A stretch of DNA of 64,000 nt from NCBI GenBank assembly GCA_963665095.1, contig OY762069.1, forward strand, positions 4,800,001 to 4,864,000, read 5' to 3'. The translations under genes were made by a program, and so were the position numbers. The DNA comes from an uncultured Desulfobacter sp. (lineage in GTDB: Bacteria; Desulfobacterota; Desulfobacteria; Desulfobacterales; Desulfobacteraceae). Positions 28,696-39,349 of this stretch are shown in pieces; the stretch's first letter is position 1, and each line of letters begins with the position of its first letter. The notes under the pieces are model-generated. The model was not told the origin of the DNA. It saw only the letters and a program-made list of their open reading frames with translations, and did no database searches.

Positions 28696-28929
28696 GACCG
28701 TCTTTGGCCTTTCATTAAAATAAAATTGTAGAAAAACGGTTTCCTTTGTCCGGTTTCTGCGTTGGAAGAAAATGTTAATCCTTAAAATCAAGTTCTGCAT
28801 TCCAAAGGGTTAAATTTCATCCGCCTTAAAATCAAACAAAAGCAATCGGTTTTCCAAGCAGATAAACAGGCAATGTTTGATTGCCGATAAGATCGCATTA
28901 TAAATTTTTAAGCAAGCATGGAGGAATGT

Positions 28930-30969
28930 ATGAAGCTCACCCGAATTTCAGCGGCATTGGTTCTCGGTTTTATGCTCTGTATTTCGTCCCTGGCCTTAGC
29001 CCAGGATGACACTCAATCCCAGGAAGAGGTTTTTGACCTTGGTGATGTACTGATTCTTGGAAAAAGCGGAGATGCAGGACAGGCCACCACAACCAATGTT
29101 ATTAGTATGGAGGACATGAAACAGATTGGCGCGACCAATGTTGCTGATGCCCTGGAACAGGTTCCCGGCATTGACATTTCGATTCACCCGAAATCAGGTC
29201 CGCAGCTGAAAATGAGAGGGTATGGAGCGGATGAGATCAAGATCCTGATCGACGGGGTCCCGGCCTATGAAACCTACGACGGATACCTGGACCTGAGCCA
29301 GATCCCTGTGGACTCCATTGCAAAGATCGAGATTACCAAAGGCGTTGCATCGGCGCTTTACGGGGCCAATTCCATGGGTGGTGTTATCAACATCGTGACC
29401 AAAAAAGGGGGAAAAACTCCGAAAACCAATATCACCGCGTCTATCGGGGAGAACAGCACCCGGAATGTAACGGTTAGCACCAGCGGTTCCAAGAACCAAT
29501 TTAATTATGCATTATCCGGCTCTTTCAGGGAATCTGACGGCTGGGATGTCTCCGATGACTTTGACCCCAACAACACGGTTTCGGGAATTGGAACGGAATA
29601 TAATGAAGATGGCGGCACCCGGGACTTAAGTGAGTATACCTACAGAACCCTGAACGCAAAAGCCGGGTATGAATTTGCTGCCGACTCCAAGGTGTATCTC
29701 TCTTTTGACTATCATGACAATGACCGTGGCTGTCCCACATCCAGTGACCGCTACTGGGCCTATTCCGAATGGAAACAGTGGCATTTTAACCTGGTTGGTG
29801 AACATGCTGTTACCAGCAATATCAGTCTTAAAGGCCGATTATTTTACGTTAAACACGATGATACTCTGGAAGACGTGTCCTGGGATGATGATCACAGCAC
29901 CGGCAGGAAATGGTTTGAGAAAAGTTCTTATGAAGATGACAGCACCGGTGGTGAACTGCAGGCCTACGTCAACCTGACCGAGAACAACCTGTTGAAAATT
30001 GGAACCACCTATGTCCGGGACAATCATACCCAGCAGGATTTCCTGGATGAAGACTGCATGGGGGTCATCAGATGGGGAGATCCTGTGGGCTACCAGCCCG
30101 AAGAAGATTATGCTGCAGATACCTATTCTTTTGCCATTGAAGATGAGCTTCGTTTCTTTAATAACAAGCTGACCCTGCTTGCCGGATTAAGCTATGATGT
30201 TTTCAGCCCGGAAGAAGCCAATGGCCAGCCCGTTCCAGACTCCACAGACACCATTAATCCCCAGGCAGGCCTGGTTTATGATGTGGATAATACCCTGCAG
30301 TTGCACACCTCCGTGGGTAAAAAGACTCGGTTTCCCCGTCTCAAGGAACTTTACAGTGAGATGGCCGGAGGAAATCCCGAACTGGAAGCAGAAGAATCCA
30401 TCAACTATGAAATCGGTCTGGACAAATCCTTTACCGATAAATTAAACGTTACGGTCGCACTTTTCTACAGTGACATTGACAATAAAATCGACGAGGATGA
30501 AAACGACGACGGAGACAATATCTACGTCAACAAGGGGGAGGCCAAAAATAAGGGTCTGGAAGCCAGTGTGCATTACGTCACTCCGTTTAATTTAAACGTC
30601 GGCGTTGGATACACCTACCTGAAATCAACGGAAAAAGCAGATGAGAACAGCCCGGAACTGGACGCGGATTATACACCTAAACATAAGCTGACCTTTGATC
30701 TGAGGTATCGGTTCGACTTTGGCCTGACAGCATCCGGGCAGGTGATCTGCACCGGTAAACAGATCGAATACGATGACAACGATGACAAACAGGATGTCGG
30801 GGGCTTCACTATTGTGAACCTGCGGCTGAGCCAGGAACTGACCATGTTTAAATCTCTGACGCCCGAGATTTTTCTTGAAGCGGACAACCTTTTTGATAAA
30901 AATTATTATGAAGGAAACGGTCCGACACAGGGAAGAAGCATTCTTCTGGGTGCCAGTATGACATTCTGA
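28930..30969 (+). CDS. TonB-dependent outer-membrane receptor
   Basis: Signal peptide, plug (ADALEQVPG, ILIDGVP, SALYGANSMGGVINIVTK), GNPELEAE, NLFDKNY, terminal Phe. Confidence 0.96.
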   Translation: MKLTRISAALVLGFMLCISSLALAQDDTQSQEEVFDLGDVLILGKSGDAGQATTTNVISMEDMKQIGATNVADALEQVPGIDISIHPKSGPQLKMRGYGADEIKILIDGVPAYETYDGYLDLSQIPVDSIAKIEITKGVASALYGANSMGGVINIVTKKGGKTPKTNITASIGENSTRNVTVSTSGSKNQFNYALSGSFRESDGWDVSDDFDPNNTVSGIGTEYNEDGGTRDLSEYTYRTLNAKAGYEFAADSKVYLSFDYHDNDRGCPTSSDRYWAYSEWKQWHFNLVGEHAVTSNISLKGRLFYVKHDDTLEDVSWDDDHSTGRKWFEKSSYEDDSTGGELQAYVNLTENNLLKIGTTYVRDNHTQQDFLDEDCMGVIRWGDPVGYQPEEDYAADTYSFAIEDELRFFNNKLTLLAGLSYDVFSPEEANGQPVPDSTDTINPQAGLVYDVDNTLQLHTSVGKKTRFPRLKELYSEMAGGNPELEAEESINYEIGLDKSFTDKLNVTVALFYSDIDNKIDEDENDDGDNIYVNKGEAKNKGLEASVHYVTPFNLNVGVGYTYLKSTEKADENSPELDADYTPKHKLTFDLRYRFDFGLTASGQVICTGKQIEYDDNDDKQDVGGFTIVNLRLSQELTMFKSLTPEIFLEADNLFDKNYYEGNGPTQGRSILLGASMTF

Positions 30970-31000
30970 TGCCTTGTATGAATATTTTGGACACCAATGA

Positions 31001-32125
31001 GTGTACAAAGTGAGATTCTGTGCATATGAAAACATCCGGACCGGGATCCCGGTCCGGATTATTTTTTTAATTGCCGCAGGTTTGCTGCTGGCAACAGTGA
31101 GGCTTTCGTGGGCTCAGATCTCGTTTCTGGATGCAGCCGGCCGCAGGGTTGATCTGCCCGCCCCTCCGGACCGGATTGTGGTGGCCGGTTTTGCCCCTTT
31201 CATTCCCCTTCATATGCTTTATATGTTTGAAGAGGCCCGGGAAACGCTTGTGGGGTATGAGCAAAGATTCAAGGGCGAAAACCGGTTTCTGGGCCTGATA
31301 GATCAAAATTTTCATGAGAAAACCGCGTTGAACTCCAATCCGGCTGTGGAGTCCATCATTGCCCTGAAGCCGGATCTTGTCATTGCCAAAGCCGGCAACC
31401 AGAAACGATTTTCTAAACTGCTTTCTCCTGTGGGCATTCCTGTGATGTATGTGGGCGGGGAAAGCCCTGAACTTTTTTTATCAGATATTCAAAATCTGGG
31501 GCAGGTTTTAGACAATCCGGAACGGGCCCGTGCCATTGTTGCCTATTACAGGGAAAAGCTGGCCCTGATCCGGCAAAAAACCGAAAAGATCCCACAGAAA
31601 AACAGACCAGGGGTTCTGGTCCTTGAGTACTCCAACCGGGGAAAAGCCATTGCTTTAAATGTTCCGGCCCGTTCCTGGATACAGACCCGCCAGGCCGAGA
31701 TGGCCGGTGGCCATCCGGTATGGACCGATGCGCCGGCTGCACAGGAAGGGTGGCAGATTACCGGATTTGAACAGATCGCCCGATGGAATCCGGATAAAAT
31801 TTTTATGGTGGTCTGGTACCGGCTTCAGGGGCCCAAGGTGCTTGAGGATCTATACACGGATGACAAGTGGCAACAGCTAAAGGCGGTTCAGGCGAACCAG
31901 CTGTGGCTGTTCCCCCAGGATCTGTACGGCTGGGATTCCATGAGTCCCCGCTGGATTCTCGGGGCCCTGTGGATGAACCGGATGATCTGTCCTGAAAAAT
32001 ACAGGGCAGATGAGTTTTCACTGGAGACCATGGTGTCACAGTTCTTTAAAAGGCTTTACTTCATGGATGATGCTGCCGTTCGTACCCATATTCTGCCGGA
32101 GATTGCGCCATATGCCGTGGAGTAG
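31001..32125 (+). CDS. Class III substrate-binding protein (importer 3); start uncertain
   Basis: DAAGRRV, ESIIALKPDLVI, EQIARWNPDKI, GWDSMSPR. Confidence 0.9.
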   Translation: MYKVRFCAYENIRTGIPVRIIFLIAAGLLLATVRLSWAQISFLDAAGRRVDLPAPPDRIVVAGFAPFIPLHMLYMFEEARETLVGYEQRFKGENRFLGLIDQNFHEKTALNSNPAVESIIALKPDLVIAKAGNQKRFSKLLSPVGIPVMYVGGESPELFLSDIQNLGQVLDNPERARAIVAYYREKLALIRQKTEKIPQKNRPGVLVLEYSNRGKAIALNVPARSWIQTRQAEMAGGHPVWTDAPAAQEGWQITGFEQIARWNPDKIFMVVWYRLQGPKVLEDLYTDDKWQQLKAVQANQLWLFPQDLYGWDSMSPRWILGALWMNRMICPEKYRADEFSLETMVSQFFKRLYFMDDAAVRTHILPEIAPYAVE

Positions 32126-33107
32126 GTTCAATGGCAGGCATGTATGGATTGTCAGTGCCCTGCTGCTGGCAGGTTCCGTATTCCTGGGCCGTTATCCAGC
32201 CCCTTTTATCACCACTGTCAGCGACATCCTGAACGATGACCTGGTGTTGAAAGTGATCATGGACATCCGTGTTCCCAGAATTCTGACCGCCTTTACAGCC
32301 GGGATGGTCTTTGCCGCTGCCGGTACGGTGTTTCAGATGGTATTCAGGAACCCCCTGGTGGACGCAGGCTTTTTAGGTGTGTCCGGAGGTGCCGCCTTTG
32401 GTGCCTCCCTGGGCATTGTTCTTCTGGGCGGGACCGTGGCTGCGGTGCAGGGCTGTGCGGCTCTTTTTGCCATGTCAGGACTTTGCTTTGCCTGGATCAT
32501 TGCCGCAAGAATTCGCTTCGGGGACTGGGTGTTGCGCCTGATCCTGTCAGGCATTGCCGTGTCCGCCCTGTTTGCCTCCGGAACCGGGCTGCTCAAATAT
32601 ATGGCGGATCCACTGCGGGAACTGCCGGAACTTACCTTCTGGCTTCTGGGCGGGCTTTGGGGGATACACTGGAATGATACCGCCCAGATCCTTATCATAT
32701 GTATTCCCTGCCTTGTGATCATCTATTTGTTCAGGTGGCGGCTGAACCTTTTGTCCATGCAGGATCAGACCATTTTCTCTTTGGCCACGCATCCGTCAAG
32801 GGAGCGGATTCTTCTTCTGCTCACCGCTGTAATCGCCGTGTCCGCTGTGGTTTCCAAAACCGGACAGGTCGGGTGGGTCGGGCTGATTGTTCCCCACATT
32901 GCCAGGAAAATCGTGGGCTCGGATGCCCAGAATGCACTGCCCTGCGCCCTGCTGCTGGGCGGGTTTTTTCTGCTCTTCTGTGATGATGTGTCAAGAACTC
33001 TGCTGTCCGGAGAGATTCCCATTGGTATTCTCACCTCTTTTTTAGGGGCAGGTCTTTTTCTGATTCTTTTGACCCGGCGGCAGATCCGGTTGGGAAAACG
33101 CTCATGA
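32112..33107 (+). CDS. FecCD/BtuC family permease (importer 3)
   Basis: IRVPRIL, FRNPLVD, VGWVGLIVPHIAR. Confidence 0.94.
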   Translation: MPWSRFNGRHVWIVSALLLAGSVFLGRYPAPFITTVSDILNDDLVLKVIMDIRVPRILTAFTAGMVFAAAGTVFQMVFRNPLVDAGFLGVSGGAAFGASLGIVLLGGTVAAVQGCAALFAMSGLCFAWIIAARIRFGDWVLRLILSGIAVSALFASGTGLLKYMADPLRELPELTFWLLGGLWGIHWNDTAQILIICIPCLVIIYLFRWRLNLLSMQDQTIFSLATHPSRERILLLLTAVIAVSAVVSKTGQVGWVGLIVPHIARKIVGSDAQNALPCALLLGGFFLLFCDDVSRTLLSGEIPIGILTSFLGAGLFLILLTRRQIRLGKRS

Positions 33108-33907
33108 CCCCGGCTGTCTCTTTACAAAGCGTAAGCTTTGGATACGACCATGCCCACAGCCGGGACAAAGACCCGGATGCCCCAGGGAAACTGACGCTGT
33201 CGGATCTCTCATTTGAAATCAGTAAAGGCTCGGTTACGGCCCTGCTAGGTGCCAACGGCGTGGGAAAAACCACACTTCTCTATCTTCTGCTGGATCTTTA
33301 CCCGCCCTCAAGCGGTACTATTCAGCGGTTTGCGGCAGACGGGACACTGTGTGAGGCACAAGCCGTTAAAAAACTGATGGGCATGGTGTCCCAGGAAGAG
33401 TCCATCCCCTTTGACCTGAGTGTGGAGGAGTACGTGCTTCTGGGGCGGGCCCCGCACTTAAAGCTTCTGGAGCTGCCCAAAAAGCTGGACAGGGAGATTG
33501 TCATGACCGCACTGAACACCGTGGGCATGGCTCATCTGGCCGGCCATGCCGCCACCCGGATCAGCAGCGGGGAAAAGCAGCTGGCCGGTATGGCCAGGGT
33601 GTTGGCCCAGTCCCCTGAGATCCTGCTCTTTGATGAGCCCTGCTCCCATCTGGACTTGATCAATACGCGCAGGACGCTGTCAATTATGAAAAACATTGCC
33701 CGGAAGGGGCACACCGTTATATTCACCACCCATGATCCCAATGCGGCAGCTGCCATTGCCGATCATGTCATACTTTTATACAAAGGCCGGATCATCGGGG
33801 AAGGTACCGTGTCCGAGACCCTGACCAGCCCGCTGTTAAGCCGGACCTACGGCGATGTTGTGGAAGTCACCCAGACGTCAAAGGGGCCGGTGGTCCTGGC
33901 CATATGA
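33104..33907 (+). CDS. FecE/BtuD-type ABC ATPase (importer 3)
   Basis: GANGVGKTT, ISSGEKQ, FDEPCSHLD, THDPN. Confidence 0.94.
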   Translation: MTPAVSLQSVSFGYDHAHSRDKDPDAPGKLTLSDLSFEISKGSVTALLGANGVGKTTLLYLLLDLYPPSSGTIQRFAADGTLCEAQAVKKLMGMVSQEESIPFDLSVEEYVLLGRAPHLKLLELPKKLDREIVMTALNTVGMAHLAGHAATRISSGEKQLAGMARVLAQSPEILLFDEPCSHLDLINTRRTLSIMKNIARKGHTVIFTTHDPNAAAAIADHVILLYKGRIIGEGTVSETLTSPLLSRTYGDVVEVTQTSKGPVVLAI

Positions 33908-34018
33908 CGGCTGCGGTGGGACCGGATCGGGGCTTTCTCCCTGGGCCGGCCCGCAAAAGATATGGAAGCTTTCATTTGAAGCCCAATAGTTAAGAGTTGA
34001 AAAATATAAAGGAGGAAA

Positions 34019-34879
34019 ATGGAAAAGCTAACCGACTGGAAGAACCTGTGGCATGCGTTGTCTGAGATCCAGGACCGGTCTTTTACCCGGGAAAAGGAAG
34101 CTGCCACGAACGATGTCTGGAAACATAAGGCAAAGGAGTTCGACAAACTGGTGGAAGACCGATGGGCCAAACCAGATTCATCCAGGGATTTTCTCATCCG
34201 GAAATTAAAGGAGAATCCTGGCTCAACCCTGCTGGATATCGGTGCCGGAACCGGGAAGTGGTCACTGCTCTGTGCGCCCTGGGCAAAAAAGGTCACGGCC
34301 CTTGAACCTTCTTTGTCCATGCAGGCGGTACTCAAGGAAAAAATAGACAAGGACGGGGTGGACAATATCGAGATTGTCACGGAGTCCTGGCCGCCGGAAA
34401 AGAAGGATGTTCCGGATCAGAAAGAATTGGTGGAGCCCCATGATTTTATCCTTACCTCTCACTCCATGTACGGGGTCGGGGATTTTGAAGCCTTTATCAG
34501 GGCCATGAACCAGTATGCCGTAAAGGGCTGTATTATGGTGATGCGGGCCCCGCTTGCCGATGCCGTCATGGCCAAAGCCGCTTCCAGGGTATGGGGACAG
34601 CCCTATGACAGCCCTAATTTTCAAATCGCTTACAATATCCTGCTGGGCATGGATATCTATGCCGATGTGGTCTTTGAGGAAAAGGGATCATGGCAGGGCT
34701 GGCACAATGACTCTTTTGAGACGGCCCTGGATGAGTTGAAAAGCCGTCTGGACATTGTGGATGATTCGTCCCATGATGCGTTTTTGACCGGGCTTCTTGA
34801 AAAGAACCTGATCGTGGAACCGGATGGGGTCCGATGGCCTGCGGCCAACCGGTCGGCCCTGGTGTACTGGGAGGTTTGA
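34019..34879 (+). CDS. Class I SAM-dependent methyltransferase
   Basis: LLDIGAGTG, VTALEPS motifs; RBS GGAGG. Confidence 0.92.
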   Translation: MEKLTDWKNLWHALSEIQDRSFTREKEAATNDVWKHKAKEFDKLVEDRWAKPDSSRDFLIRKLKENPGSTLLDIGAGTGKWSLLCAPWAKKVTALEPSLSMQAVLKEKIDKDGVDNIEIVTESWPPEKKDVPDQKELVEPHDFILTSHSMYGVGDFEAFIRAMNQYAVKGCIMVMRAPLADAVMAKAASRVWGQPYDSPNFQIAYNILLGMDIYADVVFEEKGSWQGWHNDSFETALDELKSRLDIVDDSSHDAFLTGLLEKNLIVEPDGVRWPAANRSALVYWEV

Positions 34880-35898
34880 TGAGACGGACAGCCATTGTTT
34901 TCCTGTTTTGTATCTTCCTGCTAACCGTTTTATCCGGGTGCCGGTTTAATGAGGAAAAAACCGAAACCATTACCATTACCGACCAGATGGGACGAAAGGT
35001 AAAGATCCCTGCAAAGATTGAAAGAATCTGCGCCCTTCACCACTTTGGCGGCAAGATCGCCTATGCCTTAAAGCAGCAGCACCTGATGGTGGATACCGGT
35101 ATCTACGGCAGGGAGGCCGTGGCCTTGGGCGCCATTGACAGCGACTTTTCAGCCAAGCCCAACTTTTCCCAGGGACATGACTATAACATTGAAGGGCTGT
35201 TGAACCTGGGTCCCCAGGTGGTTTTTGCAACGCCTGCGTCCAGCCCGGCAGATGTGGCGGTGTTTACCAATGCCGGTGTTCCAGTGGTGGGTGTTGCAGG
35301 GGAAACCTTTGAACAAAGTTTTGAGGCGGTACGGCTGATGGGCAATGTGCTGCACTGTGAAGAAAATGCAAAAATCTATATTGATGCCTGCACCGGCCTG
35401 CTTGACATGGTCAAAACGCGCCTGGAAAAAAGAGAGGGGCCACCGGTAAAGGTGTTGTTTGCCGGCCCCATGAGTATCTATTCGGCTGCCACCGGCAGCA
35501 TGCTGCAGACAAAGATCCTGGAGTTGTCCGGTGCCGTAAATGTGGCCAAAGAGTTGCAAGGATTCTGGGCCGATGTCTCCCCTGAGCAGGTGGCGGCCTG
35601 GAATCCGGATGTGGTCTTTTTAGGCTCTTCCCTGGAGACCTACGGCAGGGCGCATATTTATGAAAACCCCCACTTTAAAACGGTTGCAGCCATTCAAAAT
35701 AAACGGGTCTACACCTTTCCCTCCAGCGTGGGGTGGTGGGATTATCCGGCACCCCACTGCGTACTCGGTGTTGTCTGGTCGGCCAAAACGCTCTACCCGG
35801 ACCTGTTTTCCGATGTGGATATGATGGCGGTGGCCAATGAATTTTATCTGAAGTTTGTGGGACACAGCTTTGAAGAGATGGGGGGACGACTGGAGTGA
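34879..35898 (+). CDS. Class III substrate-binding lipoprotein (importer 4)
   Basis: Lipobox LSGC, TDQMGRKV, EQVAAWNPDVVF, WWDYPAP. Confidence 0.92.
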   Translation: MRRTAIVFLFCIFLLTVLSGCRFNEEKTETITITDQMGRKVKIPAKIERICALHHFGGKIAYALKQQHLMVDTGIYGREAVALGAIDSDFSAKPNFSQGHDYNIEGLLNLGPQVVFATPASSPADVAVFTNAGVPVVGVAGETFEQSFEAVRLMGNVLHCEENAKIYIDACTGLLDMVKTRLEKREGPPVKVLFAGPMSIYSAATGSMLQTKILELSGAVNVAKELQGFWADVSPEQVAAWNPDVVFLGSSLETYGRAHIYENPHFKTVAAIQNKRVYTFPSSVGWWDYPAPHCVLGVVWSAKTLYPDLFSDVDMMAVANEFYLKFVGHSFEEMGGRLE

Positions 35899-36911
35899 AA
35901 AGATCGGCCCTTCTCATTGCCCTGGCCTTTCCGGTGGTAATCTTTATCTGTCTTTCCACCGGGCGGTATCCCATTGCGGTTGGAAAAATACCCGGTCTGA
36001 TTTTGGCAGGTGTCACAGGGGAGCGGCCTTCGGGGATCTCTTCGTCGGAACTGATGATTTTCTGGAATATCCGGGTGCCCAGGATCATATTAAGCATCAT
36101 GATTGGAGCCGGGATTTCAACGGCCGGGGCCGTGTTTCAGGCGTTGTTCCGCAACCCTCTGGCCGCACCGGACATCCTGGGGGTTACGGCGGGTTCCTGC
36201 TTTGGGGCGGCGGTGGTGATCATGTTTCTTGTGCCGGCTGCCTGGCTGATCCAGGGATTTGCCTTTGGATTCGGCATTCTGGCGGTGACCCTGGCCTACT
36301 TTCTGGCCTTTTTCAGCCGGGACAAATCCCCGTCGGTTCTGGTGATCACAGGAATTGTGATTACAGCGGTGTTCCAGGCAGGGCTCTCCTTTATCATGTA
36401 CCTTGCCAATCCCTATGACCAGCTGGCCCAAATCGTGTTCTGGACCATGGGCAGTTTTCATACGGCTTCCTGGGAAAAGATCCAGGCCACAGCCCCCATC
36501 CTGATATCCGGGGTGATTCTTCTCTCACTTTTTTCATGGCGGCTGAACATCATGACCCAGAACCAGGAGGATGCCATGGCCATGGGGGTGAATGTGTTGC
36601 GCTGGCGGATTTTTTATGTGCTTGCTTCCACCCTGATGGTGGCCTGCTCTGTGGCGTCTGTGGGGGCAGTGGCATGGGTGGGGCTTATTGTTCCCCATAT
36701 TGCAAGGTATCTGGCCGGCCCGGAACACAGCCGGCTTATTCCGGTGACCGCGGCCCTTGGCGGATTGTTCCTGCTGATCATGGATTCTGTGGCACGAAGC
36801 ATCCTCTTGTCTGAAATCCCCATCTCCATTGTCACCTCTATTTTTGGGGCGCCGTTTTTAGGGTATCTGGTGATCCGGGCCGGAAAGGAGCGGTATGAAT
36901 CTTTCGGTTAA
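35895..36911 (+). CDS. FecCD/BtuC family permease (importer 4)
   Basis: IRVPRII, FRNPLAAPDILGV, VAWVGLIVPHIAR. Confidence 0.95.
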   Translation: MKRSALLIALAFPVVIFICLSTGRYPIAVGKIPGLILAGVTGERPSGISSSELMIFWNIRVPRIILSIMIGAGISTAGAVFQALFRNPLAAPDILGVTAGSCFGAAVVIMFLVPAAWLIQGFAFGFGILAVTLAYFLAFFSRDKSPSVLVITGIVITAVFQAGLSFIMYLANPYDQLAQIVFWTMGSFHTASWEKIQATAPILISGVILLSLFSWRLNIMTQNQEDAMAMGVNVLRWRIFYVLASTLMVACSVASVGAVAWVGLIVPHIARYLAGPEHSRLIPVTAALGGLFLLIMDSVARSILLSEIPISIVTSIFGAPFLGYLVIRAGKERYESFG

Positions 36912-37704
36912 AAATCTTTGTGCCGGTTATGGCAAAAGATCGGTGCTTAAGGATATCAGTTTTTCCATTCCGGAGGGGAAAATCTGCGCGCTCATGGGTC
37001 CCAACGGGTCGGGCAAAACCACGTTGCTTCGGTGTATCAACGGGGTGATCCCGTTGAAGAACGGTACCATTGAGATCATGGGGCAGAATATCAGCACCTT
37101 GAACCGCTTGAAAATCGCCCGGCTGATATCAGTGGTTCCCCAGGTCAGCTTTTCGCCGTTCTCCTTTTCATGTATGGACATGGTGCTCATGTCCGGAGCG
37201 TCCCGGATGAAAGCCTGGGGTACCCCTGGGGTTGAAGAAAAGGAAAAGGCCTTAAAGATACTTGAGGAGTGCGGTATTCGTCATCTGGCGGATCGTGCCT
37301 TTAACAATTTGTCCGGCGGTGAGCGCCAGCTGGTGATGCTCGGCCGGGGGCTTTTCCAGGATGCCCCGGTGATGCTCTTGGATGAACCCAACACCCATCT
37401 TGATTTTGCCAACCAGCACCATATCATGGGGCTGATCAGGGCCATGGTGGAAAAACATTCCCTCACGGTGCTGATTACCCTGCATGACCCCAATCTGACC
37501 CATTATTACTGCGATGAGGTGATCATGATAAAAGAGGGCAAGGTGGCGGCCCAGGGCCCGACCCGGACTACCATGACCGATCAGGCTTTGCGCCGGGTGC
37601 TTGGGGATAATATCCAGACCGATATTACTCAGAAAGGGGTTTTTGTGGTGACGCCAAAGTATGTTCATGCCGGTGTCTCCAAACCCCATGAGGTGGAGTT
37701 ATGA
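36895..37704 (+). CDS. FecE/BtuD-type ABC ATPase (importer 4)
   Basis: GPNGSGKTT, LSGGERQ, LDEPNTHLD. Confidence 0.95.
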   Translation: MNLSVKNLCAGYGKRSVLKDISFSIPEGKICALMGPNGSGKTTLLRCINGVIPLKNGTIEIMGQNISTLNRLKIARLISVVPQVSFSPFSFSCMDMVLMSGASRMKAWGTPGVEEKEKALKILEECGIRHLADRAFNNLSGGERQLVMLGRGLFQDAPVMLLDEPNTHLDFANQHHIMGLIRAMVEKHSLTVLITLHDPNLTHYYCDEVIMIKEGKVAAQGPTRTTMTDQALRRVLGDNIQTDITQKGVFVVTPKYVHAGVSKPHEVEL

Positions 37705-38708
37705 AATGCAATTATTGTGAACGAAAATGCGATCTTGGCAGGGGAAACAGTTTCTGCGGCATGTATCAGGAGACCAACGGCGCTGTGGCGGAGGTCTATC
37801 CGGATCTCTGGTGCACCTATACGGCCTCCCGGGTGGAATCCGTACCCTTCTACCATGCCTATCCCGGCTCCCGTTCCATGATCATCGGAACGGCCGGATG
37901 CAATTTCAGGTGCCGATACTGCGCCAACGGGTTCATTGCCTGCCAGGACCCTTCCGGACTGCAGGATCTGATGTACCATTTTCCTGGGGAAAAACTGGTG
38001 GAGATGGCCCAAAAGCTCGGGTGCCACAATATTGTCTTCAACGTCAACGAACCTGCCGTCTCGCTGCCAAGCCTTGAGCGGGTCAAGGTTTATGCAGACA
38101 GGGCCGGTATCCCCATGGGGTGTCTTACCAACGGGTATACCACAAAGGAATCCACACAACTCCTGGCAGACATCTTTTCTTTTGTCCACGTTGGGCTCAA
38201 AGGCTTTTCCGATGATTTTTACAAAAAATATGTCGGGGTGCCTTCTGTGGAACCGGTTTTAAGAAATATCCGGGATCTGGCCCGAAGATGTCATGTGGAG
38301 GTGGCATTCCCGGTCATTGAGAATGTGAACGACCGGGATCTTCCCGAGGTGGCCTCATTTATTTCAGAAATCCGCCGGGATATTCCCTGGCATGTGTTCC
38401 GGCTGTTGCCCGAACACCAGATGAAGACAGCGGCATACCCTAATATTGAGCGGATCAGTGAAGTGCTGGCATCCTGCAAAGACCACCTTGACTATATCTA
38501 TTTCCATAATTTTGTGGGGTCTGAATGGGTGAATACCTTGTGCCCGTCCTGCGGGGCGGTTGCTGTTAAGCGGTTCAGCCTGGGGTGTTCCGGGGATCAG
38601 CTCGACCAATTCCTGGCCCGGGACAATGCCTGTCCTGCCTGCGGTACAAAGATAGCCATGCTGGGGACCAAGGTGGCCTGGGACGCCGGACGGGAACTTG
38701 GTGTTTGA
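37701..38708 (+). CDS. Radical SAM enzyme, AmmeMemoRadiSam/PflA-like family
   Basis: CNFRCRYC (CxxxCxxC), N-terminal CNYCERKC...C, PFYHAYPGS, C-terminal CPSCG...CPACG. Confidence 0.9.
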   Translation: MKCNYCERKCDLGRGNSFCGMYQETNGAVAEVYPDLWCTYTASRVESVPFYHAYPGSRSMIIGTAGCNFRCRYCANGFIACQDPSGLQDLMYHFPGEKLVEMAQKLGCHNIVFNVNEPAVSLPSLERVKVYADRAGIPMGCLTNGYTTKESTQLLADIFSFVHVGLKGFSDDFYKKYVGVPSVEPVLRNIRDLARRCHVEVAFPVIENVNDRDLPEVASFISEIRRDIPWHVFRLLPEHQMKTAAYPNIERISEVLASCKDHLDYIYFHNFVGSEWVNTLCPSCGAVAVKRFSLGCSGDQLDQFLARDNACPACGTKIAMLGTKVAWDAGRELGV

Positions 38709-38840
38709 ACGAAAAGTCACCCACCTGCGGCGTTGCTGCACAAATCTACCAAATCATATAATCGGGCCTCACGTACTGAAGTACGCTCCGGTTTTAGATT
38801 TGCTTGCGCCTTGCATCTGGGCAACTTTTCGTCCAAACAC
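38701..38840. mobile_element. Palindromic miniature element, copy 2
   Basis: GTGTTTGAACGAAAAGT...ACTTTTCGTCCAAACAC ends; internal CGTACTGAAGTACG palindrome. Confidence 0.85.
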
Positions 38841-38887
38841 CGAGGTATCATCCAAGCACGGGGTTTTCGCTCAAAAATGATATATGC

Positions 38888-39037
38888 ACTTAAAGGTGAT
38901 AATTTATGCAGAATATAAATATAACATTACCTTTAGGTGTTAAATTTAGGTTTGATTTACAAAATATCCTGCTATATATTAATACCTAATGGTTATGTTG
39001 ACTCAATATTTTAAACTGAATCAACCCTAAAGGTAAT
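38888..39037 (+). promoter_or_regulatory. Four repeats of an ACCTAAAGGT-like pseudo-palindrome: candidate HipB operators
   Basis: Copies near 38888, 38926 (inverted), 38983, 39024; ATTACCTTTAGG and CCTAAAGGTAAT are exact reverse complements. Confidence 0.65.
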
Positions 39038-39040
39038 AAA

Positions 39041-39349
39041 ATGGCTTTTTATGGTTTAACGGACGAAGCAATTGCCACAGAGATTGGCCGGCGGCTGAAA
39101 ACGCTGCGGCTGAATAAAAATTACAGCCAGGAGGAGATGATCGAAAAGACCGGATTGTCCATCAAGGCGATCCGAAATGCGGAGAAGGGGAAAAGCACGT
39201 TGGCAACTTACATTGCTGTTTTACGGGCGTTAAATGCCCTTGATGCCCTGGAGAATTTCATCCCTGAGACACGGATCAGCCCGTTGCAGCTGGCTAAAAT
39301 GAATGGCAAACAGCGGTTAAAAGCATCGGGAAAAAGGAGTGATAGTTGA
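39041..39349 (+). CDS. hipB: XRE-family HTH antitoxin (HipB-like)
   Basis: IGRRLKTLRLNKNYSQEEM..TGLS...IRNAEKG; overlaps hipA start. Confidence 0.85.
   Translation: MAFYGLTDEAIATEIGRRLKTLRLNKNYSQEEMIEKTGLSIKAIRNAEKGKSTLATYIAVLRALNALDALENFIPETRISPLQLAKMNGKQRLKASGKRSDS

Noticed and set aside
28432..28929. Cobalamin riboswitch or Fur box ahead of the TonB receptor
   Set aside because: No B12-box or GATAATGATAATCATTATC-like match recognised by eye; TGGCACGCGTTTAC near 28477 lacks the -12 GC so was not called sigma54. An Rfam scan is needed to be sure.
38706..38708. TGA read-through (selenocysteine) at the radical SAM stop followed by a stem-loop
   Set aside because: The stem-loop is the multicopy element, the protein's domains are complete before the TGA, and no plausible coding sequence follows.
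38698..38918. Short ORFs 38698-38880 and 38733-38918 (also 44253-44478 and 18942-19250)
   Set aside because: They are translations of the palindromic repeats, with no protein motifs or convincing RBS.
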